64,000 bases of DNA from the human T2T-CHM13v2.0 reference genome, Homo sapiens: NCBI RefSeq assembly GCF_009914755.1, contig NC_060939.1. One strand, 5' to 3'. This document shows, piece by piece, positions 55,522 to 64,000 of the stretch; within the stretch, counting starts at the first letter, position 1; each line of letters begins with the position of its first letter. A program made the translations under genes and the position numbers. The notes below the pieces were generated by a model. It did not search any database. It was not told the DNA's origin and saw nothing but the letters and a program-made list of their open reading frames with translations.

Positions 55522-57649
55522 TTATATCACTTTTAAAAGTAAAATTTGCTTCTGATTCTGTAACACACATCTTTGAAAGAAGTCCCACATCTGCTAAGTG
55601 TGAGCTTTATCCCTATGTTTTCAAATAAGAAGACCTTCAGCCAGAAACTGGTATGAGCAAGTAGTGTCTTTGTGTATGAGCACTTCCTGTTTCTAGTCCA
55701 TGATCAAATATATTATTTGCAGCACAACTGGAGGAGCTCTTGAAGGTGGCAAGTGGAGGTGCCCGAGGGCCTAATTGAGCACATTAAGGGCTTCTTGGCG
55801 TGGAGGAGTTTTTTCACGTCAGCCTGGGTATTATTGCTTGCTGTTTCTTTCTTTATCTTTGAAGTCAAATAAAAACAGTTGTAATGGCAGGCTTACTTTT
55901 ATGATATCATAGTCTCCATGTGCTAGCAAAAGGAATGTACTTCTCTAGGATTTCCCTAAGTTTTTGTCTGTTTGTTTGTTTGTTTTGCCATTGGGTACTT
56001 TCCAGCAAAGGCACACACATTTCCAAGAGATTCTTTCTTCAATCATCACTGGATTTCTTAGCTTGAGAAGTTAGGCAGTGCCATCAACCAACGGAAGAGG
56101 GTAATGGTATACAGAAAGTTTTTGCTAGTTGAATTTCTAAAAATATATAGATAGATTTATTCTGTTAAAATTATTGTGAATTTTTTTAGAGGGGATATTT
56201 GTAAGGGGCATTTTGAAAATAGGGTAGTTCGAAACAAAAAAATTGAGGCTAATTATTAATATTTAGCCCCAGATTAAGCAAATTCAGAATGCTTAATTCT
56301 GACTATGGAAACGGTTTATCAAATCACTTGATTTTTTAAATGCCACTTTGGACTTTGTTTAAATATTTTCCTCAGCGTAATCAATTAGTGCAAGTTTGTT
56401 ACCTTTCCCCCTGAAGTTGGTGGTGCAAAGGAATTTGAGAGATTGTTTTAACTGTTACAGTTGGAGTGGAACTTGTTCTTCCAAGAAAACTGAGGGTGAA
56501 TGATTTTTGTCATATTGAGACTAAGACTTAACAATTGCTACAGTTGGCCTTTGTTGAGGTAGGTTTTTTTCCACCTCTGGGCCTTTTGAGGTATTCAGAA
56601 TAGGTGACAATAGCTTGCAGTTGAGAACATATGTAGAAAGACCCCTGTGGCTTATTGGGAAAAGTTGCTCCACGCTGGTTGGGTGTTTGGAAAAAAAAAA
56701 TACAACCAGAGTTCTTTTATGTTCTGCTAGTTAATGAATGCATGAATGTCAAAATGGGCCAATGGCCCATTCAGGGGGCAAAGCCTTGGCAGCCCCCTTC
56801 TTTAAGAACACATCCTGAGATGCAAAATACATTTGCTTAACAAATTAAAATAATGAGATAATTCAATTAGCTTCTTTTTTAAAAAAGAAAGAAAAAAGGG
56901 TACATCGGGGATTATTGTAATACAAGAACAGGTCACACTGCACAAAAGGGAACAAACCAGTTTGAAATAATGTTAAAGAGACTAATAATGGAGAAATGCA
57001 TATTGAATCATGCACTTGTAAAGAAATTTACATGAAATAATAATTTAGACTGCATCTACTTTCAGTGAGCTAGAGCCAACATTTCACTTTGAAAGTCGAA
57101 ATTAATTAAATGACAGAAAAATATAGTGGGGCATCTCTAGTTCCAAGGACTTCCTCATGCCTGTTAGTGCATGTAAGAAAAGAAATCTAAATTAACATGT
57201 CGCTAGTTAGGGGTCTCTATTCTTGGTTTCTGAGCTCAGAATTACAGCTGAGTAAATCTTTCAGCTCATTAAAGATTGGAAAGTAAAAGTTTTACAGGAC
57301 CATCCTCATCAAAGTTACTGAACCTCTTCTCTGCAGTGGGGTGAAGTGTGGATGAAGAAGGAAAACATTTTCAAAGAGCAAGCAGAGGAGAATTTCCTAA
57401 AGCTACAAGGGAGGTGCAGAAAAGGCAGAGGAGCGGCACAGAGAGAAAGATGGGAGACAAAGCTAGTGGGAGAAAGTAATGAAAGGGGCATGTTGTGAAG
57501 AAGGTCAGGAGAGAAATAAAGCAGTTAGTGAAAAGCAAAAGCAAAGAGAAAGGGGGAAAGAGAGGAAAGAATGACCCATGAGGCTGGGACCGGGCATTGC
57601 TCTGACTAAATGTCCTTGAGCAGAACCAAAACCTAGGAGCATGGGAAAG

Positions 57650-57790
57650 GAGCTTATCCATCCTGCAACGTGTCCCTCTCATTTGAAAAATGGGGAAACA
57701 GAAAGTCCAGGGAACTTAATGGACTTAACTGAGGTTCAGCCAGTACAGAGGATCACAGAGCATGAATGCAGACTTCCCAACTCCCCCAGC
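57650..57790 (-). mobile_element. MIR relic
   Basis: CTCATTTGAAAAATGGGGAAACAGAAAGTCCAGGGA...GACTTAACTGAGGTTCAGC. Confidence 0.55.
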
Positions 57791-58289
57791 TTAGGCTATT
57801 TGAGTCCTCTCTCCCAACCTGGAGGACAGGCAGTCATTAAAAATTTGAGTCGGACAGAGAATTCTGCACAAAGCCTTGCATACATTCAACTAGATGAAAG
57901 CATTCTTGAGGTGACTACAAGCTCTTACTGTTAGTTCGTAGCACAGCAGAGGTACAACAAGTGCCCAGAAATCACCAGCCACCCACAACTCTAATCGGTG
58001 GCCATGGTGCATGCTGGGTGCCGCCCTGGGCAGGGAGGTGGGAGATAAGGTATTAAGGGCTCCTGACACTCCCATGTGAGATTCAACTCACAAAATACAG
58101 GTGGTAAGGCTTTCTATATTGGGTAACACGGAGCTTTCAAAACAAGAAAAGAAAACAGCACTTGGCTTCTCCGTATTTCTCCCTTGTGACTCTGAGCGTA
58201 TTGATGGTGGAGACTGTGAGATTTCTATGCAACTGTTAAAGGTGATCGTCATTTTGGCAAAGTCATTGTAATGTGGAAAAATCACAGAG

Positions 58290-58420
58290 TTGGGGACTTG
58301 GAAGTCTCGGGCCCTTGTCTCAGCTTGACCTTCAGCTAGTAACTTCCCTTTTTGGGTCTCTGTTTCCTCATCTATAAACAGAGCAGCTGCATTCTCTAAG
58401 GTTCTACTGTTCTCTGACAT
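58290..58420 (+). mobile_element. MIR3-like relic
   Basis: TGACCTTCAGCTAGTAACTTCCC...GGGTCTCTGTTTCCTCATCTATAAA...CTCTAAGGTTC. Confidence 0.65.
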
Positions 58421-60240
58421 TGGTTTTGATGACAGAGAGGTTGAAAACACACGTAGCTGTTTGCTTGGAAAGCAGCTGTTGAAGTGTTTATTTTCGACCA
58501 AGAAAGACCAAGCATGGAGGAGGACAGAGGGAGGGAACCAAACAGGTGAGCTGGTCAGGAGAAGGCAGCTGGCCTGTCATCCGCAGCTACACTGCCGTTC
58601 TTAGTTGCTACTCTAACCAAACAAACCTTCATTTAAAAATGAGAAACCCCTCCCCTCACAGTCACTCGACTTCCAAATTAAAAACATTTTACAGGTTAGT
58701 AAATCTCCAGCTGAGGTGATGTAGCAAAGAACAGCTGTGAAGTAATTTTGATAATGATGAGAATAATAACCACATGGCAAGGTTCAGGGCTTTGCTGTTG
58801 CAGCTTCAGTGCTCCTGAATAGATAAAAGTGATTAAATACTCCTGATTATCCCTGACCAATATGTAATGGATTTACAGCCCTTTCAATTAGTCAGTATTT
58901 GCTTAGGACTCATTATTTTGTCTTTGGTTAAGTAATCAGTCCAGAGACCGCATGTTCTGTCTAATTCCTCTGAGCCGAGTCAGTGCAGGGCCCTGACCTT
59001 TGAAATGGCCATAGCTGCAAGGCAAGAATAACCACTACCACAGCTGCCTCATTGGTTCTCCCAGCTAATCCTGACACCACAGGCCAGATCGATACACCTT
59101 AGTTTGCTACTAATGTCCTTACATCAAAATGGCCGATTTAGGAATGTGAATCTATCACTTTTCCCTCCCCACCACTGCTCCACCCCTTGCCCTTTGTAGC
59201 TCTGCAAGAAGAGCCCATCAGCAGCCACCACCATAAATAAAAGTGGAACCTTGTCCTGGACCCATGACACTGTAACTAATGTCATTCAGCATGGCAACAC
59301 ACAAGTTGGATAATCAAAGAAGACCTTCAGCTTTCAATGTGCTACTCTATTTTTAAGTATTAGCCTAAATAGAATGGCCTGAAAACAATATTATAGCAAG
59401 AAGCAACCTCTGAAATTTTTACTGGTTTCCCAGAATTTCCAAATGAACAGTAAAATATAAGCATGCCTAGTTTATCTGTAAAAATATATTGTAATTTTTT
59501 TGTCATAAGAGTCTTAGAGTCAACAGTATGTATCCACACATACAAGGATTGCAAACAGGAAGATAAAGATAAATTGTTACTTTTAAAATGTCTCACATAG
59601 TAAAACCGTTTCCAGAAGTGAACATGGTTAGCTTTTAAGATAATGGACTTGAGCAGCTAAAAAAAGAATCTTTAATGTCCACCTTGCAAACAAAGGCATT
59701 ACAGCACCTATAACCCTTCTGAATTTGTCATATAAATACATGACATATTTGTAAACTGCTTCAGCAATTAAAGCTGCACCTGATATTGTGAGCTTGGACA
59801 TGCATGTGGCAAGGTGCTTTTTTTTTTTTTTTTTTGGCCTCCTAGAGGAGACAGCTTTCGTTAACAGTGTAATCAGCAACGTTTATGGATTTGTGAGCTC
59901 CTTACAGCCATTTCCCTTGGTTGCTGTTGCAGTATCCGAAGTTGCTCTCATACTTTTAGCATAAATAACAAATTTACTTATATATGCTGTTTAGGGTCTT
60001 AGATCATTTTAAATAAAGTCCATTCCCAGCTTCTTAAAACAAAAACCTGCTACTTTCTAGAGGGTGCTCTTTGGATGGTAATAGTTGATGAAAAAAAAAA
60101 CTTTAACTAGTCTGTTAGTCATCAGATTTCAAGAATAAGAAAATAGGCACCTTAGTTTAAAAAAAAATCAGTATGAGACCGTATAACTTGCTAGCAAAAC
60201 AACAAAAACTATTTTTTTTTTCTCTTTCATCTTGACTTAC

Positions 60241-60386
60241 TGTGAGATGCTGGAAGAGCCATGCTCTCATGATATTTGTTGCTACTTTGGGGAAAATGCC
60301 TCTTTTCTTCTGGCGTTTTTTGTCCTTATCCGGATCATCATCGTCACCTGTACCAGGTGAAGCTACACTGTTGTCTAAACCATCCC
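60241..60386 (-). CDS. MEIS2: Internal coding exon of the TALE homeobox transcription factor MEIS2 (usually exon 8): acidic linker, basic arm and homeodomain helix 1
   Basis: Translation (G)[48 protein letters not shown] matches MEIS2 (MEIS1 has SPSTG/KRHKK). Acceptor TTTCTTTCTACTAG|GG at 60387/60386 and donor ACA|GTAAGT at 60241/60240. Length 146 nt, phase 1 start, phase 0 end. Confidence 0.97.
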
Positions 60387-63300
60387 CTAGTAGAAAGAAA
60401 TAAAAATACATTAGAGAAAACATCGCAAGGTGCCAACAACAAGTGCAGCTAATGATGAGCTCAGCTAAGCTTGTTGAAAGAAATCCATTAAGCGAGTATA
60501 TTCTCTTTCATTAAAGTATAATTGGAGACACAAATATGTAAAAGACAAAATTAAACCAGGCCTCTTCAAATGTTAATTTTGTGTGTCTCACACTTGCCCA
60601 TATCATTAATTCAATTATAACTGTGCACTTGACACAGTGCAGTAGCTCTTTGTCAATTATGGAATCCAATGTGGGAAAACCGCCATCAGAAAACCTATTC
60701 AGTGGAAACGCATCCCCATGCCCAGAGTGAACACATACTGTAGGGTAATCAAGTTAAATGTTCTGTAGTCTATATATTCTAGGCTGCCTGCATAGGTGAC
60801 AGTAACTGTGTCACTGTTCGTTGCACATAACGCACTGCCTGCTCAGCCCCTCCTAGAGCTGTCACCTCCTAAGCACGCACATTCGCACACTTCTCATATG
60901 ACCCTGCACTCGGCATTTGCATGACATGAAAACTTTTAGCTCTCTGCACCACTGATCATTATCATGAAAAAAAAAAAAGATACACATCAAGGTAGGGTGC
61001 TCACTTAATCAGAAGTTTCTATCAACATCTTTCTCTTCTGTGCTTTTCTCTGGCATTAATTGTGCATTAGCAAAAATCATTTACTTTTAACAGTCATAGT
61101 TATTTTTTCTTGCCCTCTGGCAAAAATGCCTTGAAAGCCTGCCTGGAGGGCATCTAAATTATGTATCTGAAAAACTCTTCTGGCAAGGCATTGCAGGACC
61201 CCTACTTTCTTAAAATTCATACGAGCACGTCTTCCTGTTTTTGGGAAGGCATCAATCAAGAGCAGCAATATATGCCATATCCCTACATTAATATTTGAAC
61301 TAATAACTTTAAAAAAAGGAAAGAAACAAGATCCGACTTGTGGCATAATCAAATGCAAAATAAATGAAGAATACGGGGACAGCACTGGGGCTTTATAGAT
61401 GGCTGTGTTTTCCTTGCACATCATTAGCCTGGAGCCACACGAAAGAGGAAAACAGAGAAGTGGAGAGTTTATGCTCCCTGCTGGTGTTTAAGAAGCCAGG
61501 GTCCTGGAAGGACATCTGGGAATTGCACTGAGATGGGGGTTTTTGTAATTTAAGAATAGACATTCATTAGCAGTAAATGCCATAAATCCCATGCTAAGTA
61601 AAAACCTTGTCCAAGAAAGCCTAAAACAATAAACTCTGTGCTCAATGTAGCCTGAGCTGGATGCTCTGTAGCTTTCTGAGGAATACTAGAGATCCATCAG
61701 CTCATTCCCAGACCTGCTCCCTCCTCTCGGACTATGCTACAGCACAGCCATCCTGCCCACTGGGCCACTTGCCTTCTAACTTCTGGGTCTGCTCTGTGGG
61801 CTTCCCTGTACCTGTTCTTTTCCTTTCTTGCCAAAAAACCCTCAACTTTCTTTGACTAGAGAAGCAGAAAAGCCACAGCAAAGAGCTGGCAGATTAATTT
61901 TATTGACATTTCCATTTTCACTGCAATGCGATACCCTCCATCACATGGAAGAGATGACCCTCACTATTTACAGACTGACAGGCCACTTCATTACAACCAC
62001 CCTGCCCCAAGGCAAAGCAGCTCCCTTCCATCTGCCCAAACACTAGAGCATGACCCCGAAGTTGCTGTTCTCTTTTTCTTTGCCTTCTGTTATGATAAGA
62101 AAAAAGGGACCCCATATAGTCAAAGACCGAATCAGTATACAGTGAAACAAAAGGCATTTGACTCTTTCAATACTGGATAATATACAGTCTAGTTTTCATC
62201 TGTCACCCTCCCTGCACACCCATGTACACCGGAGTGTCGCCTGGACAAGGAGACACACACACATACACGCACACCCAAGCTCGTGCAGGGACACGTGCAC
62301 ACGCTTTCCACCATGCCAAGGAACTGCTGCAAGGCAAATTCTCACCCACACTAATGGCTTCTGACTGCTCCTTGGCAACCCTAGCATTTTAACCTGGGTG
62401 GATGTGCTCTCCAAAATACAGACACTGGAGCGATCTCATCAGCTGTTCATGTGACACAGATGGAGAGTGGCTATTAGGAGCCAGGCAGTGGGCCTTGGGG
62501 ATCTGAGGTGCTGTTCTGTAGCCTGAGGCAATTTTGAAAAGCAGTACCCGGAGATGAGGAAAAAAAATCCACACTGCAAGTGCAAGTTTGAAGTCAGTCA
62601 GTCTGTCTGTCTACCTACCATGGATAAAGATATCTTTGTGTGTAATATGAAATCTATGTAGGCTATCTGAATGTACATTTCAGATAATGTATGTATGGAA
62701 TAACTCTTCCTTCAGTGTCTTCCAAATATAAAAACACACTCTGTAAACAATGCCTGTGTGTATATATTTCTTTCTAAGCACATATGGTTTCTGTGTATAT
62801 GTTTAAGCTGAAATTGTCAGGATTTTGTTAAAATCTCATTTAGCTTTTTTTGATAGATTTTTGAATGCACTTATTTTAAAAGGTTAATGGCTTAATTGAA
62901 GGAAGTTCAATGAAAAAAGTCATTTGCCTTTTTAACCCAATCAATGACCTTAAAAATGAGAGACAGCATTTCCACAGTGCATCTTTTCTTTCTTAAAAGC
63001 AAAGAGGGCTGGTAACACCTTCGAACTTTATGATTCACTATATTTAGTGCAAGAAAAAATATAGCTAGATTGAGCATCCTTTGATGACTGACTTAAACTG
63101 GAGAAGACAGGAGCATCACATAAATTTTAATATAAAGCAACCCGTTGTATATAAATGTAAAATATTTGAATTTAGATCCAGTGTAACAAATAATTATAAA
63201 CAATAATGTGTCTAGTTTTGTATTAATGACTACATACTAGACACAAAATTTTAAACTAATATATGTTTATACCTCTATAAAAAGAGGAATTTTCCTCTCC

Positions 63301-64000
63301 CAAACACAACAATAAATACAATTGTTTTTTCCTCCAATGGACTGTGGACCAAATCCAGCACAGAGAACTAACAACAGCATAACGAAAATTTTTGAAAGAC
63401 AACTGCGTGAACTGCAACCTAAAATAAAATTTTGCAGCTGATGCTAGAGTTAGTAACTCAACATGGATATTGGTGTTTTTTTTTTTTTTGTTTTAAGGCT
63501 GTGTATGTGTGTGTGTGTGTGTGTGTGGTTGTGTGTATAAGATAGTTGGCAATCCTTGGCACATGTGCCAAATGAGTTTATGTGCTGAAAAAGGTATGTA
63601 TACCAGCACAAATGCACGTGCCAAATGAGGTAAGGAGATAGCATCTGAAGTTAGGATTCAAAATTGTGGAATCCTTGCGGGCAGTTAACTGTTTCTTGCT
63701 TATCTTTTGATTATGAGAAGATACCTCCATGCCTGACTCAGAACAGATAACCAGTGATTGTTGGTTGGGTGAGTAAATGACTGAACTTATCAATGAGCTT
63801 ATGCAAGGGCCCTCCCCACTTTTTGCCAACCCCCACGGTGGGGCAACTGCACACACTATATACCTAAAGGGTGAAGGTCTTGTTCCTCTGGAACAGCTGA
63901 GTGGGTTACGTATGTGCACACAGTAACTTCTAAACATGCCAGGAACAGAGCTTCTTTGAAGAGCTGAGTACCCACAGGGCTTTTTTGCAGAGCTAAACCA
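60387..64000 (-). other. MEIS2: 3' end of the MEIS2 intron upstream of the exon (intron 7, partial)
   Basis: Ends in a pyrimidine tract plus TAG acceptor; no other MEIS-like coding sequence seen. Confidence 0.9.
63500..63537. repeat. Imperfect (TG)n microsatellite
   Basis: Read directly. Confidence 0.9.

Noticed and set aside
56273-56297. 8-bp inverted repeat ATTAAGCA...TGCTTAAT
   Set aside because: Short AT-rich arms are likely by chance in a window this size.
60241-60386. MEIS1, MEIS3 or a processed pseudogene
   Set aside because: Diagnostic residues match MEIS2, and the exon has intact splice sites with long introns on both sides.
60157-60423. 88-aa ORF as a standalone gene
   Set aside because: Only 60241-60386 is exonic; the N-terminal part is the acceptor pyrimidine tract and the C-terminal part is intron.

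Overview
This is primate (almost certainly human) genomic DNA from inside MEIS2, a TALE homeobox gene transcribed on the minus strand. The only real coding sequence is one 146-nt exon at 60241-60386 (-). It encodes (G)[48 protein letters not shown], i.e. the acidic linker, basic N-terminal arm and helix 1 of the homeodomain, and is usually numbered exon 8. The residues SPGTG and KRQKK distinguish it from MEIS1 (SPSTG, KRHKK). Positions 1-60240 are the long downstream intron and 60387-64000 the upstream intron. The remainder is about 21 Alu/FLAM copies (including a near-pristine AluYa5-like insertion), a ~3 kb L1MA remnant with a nested MLT2 LTR, several solo LTRs (THE1A, LTR33, MLT1), a Tigger4 MITE, MIR/L2 relics, microsatellites, and long transposon-poor blocks rich in homeodomain, PBX-HOX, FOX and TCF motifs that look like conserved enhancers. 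The other ORFs in the track are repeat-derived or chance. I found no convincing new coding system. The best leads are intronic elements that could cut MEIS2 off at homeodomain helix 1 (two candidate cryptic exons, a sense THE1A LTR with a poly(A) signal and DUX4 motif, and intron read-through), recent structural changes that may be polymorphic, an inverted AluY pair, and palindromic TF-site architectures. Repeat subfamily names come from recall of consensus sequences, and boundaries of old repeats are approximate.
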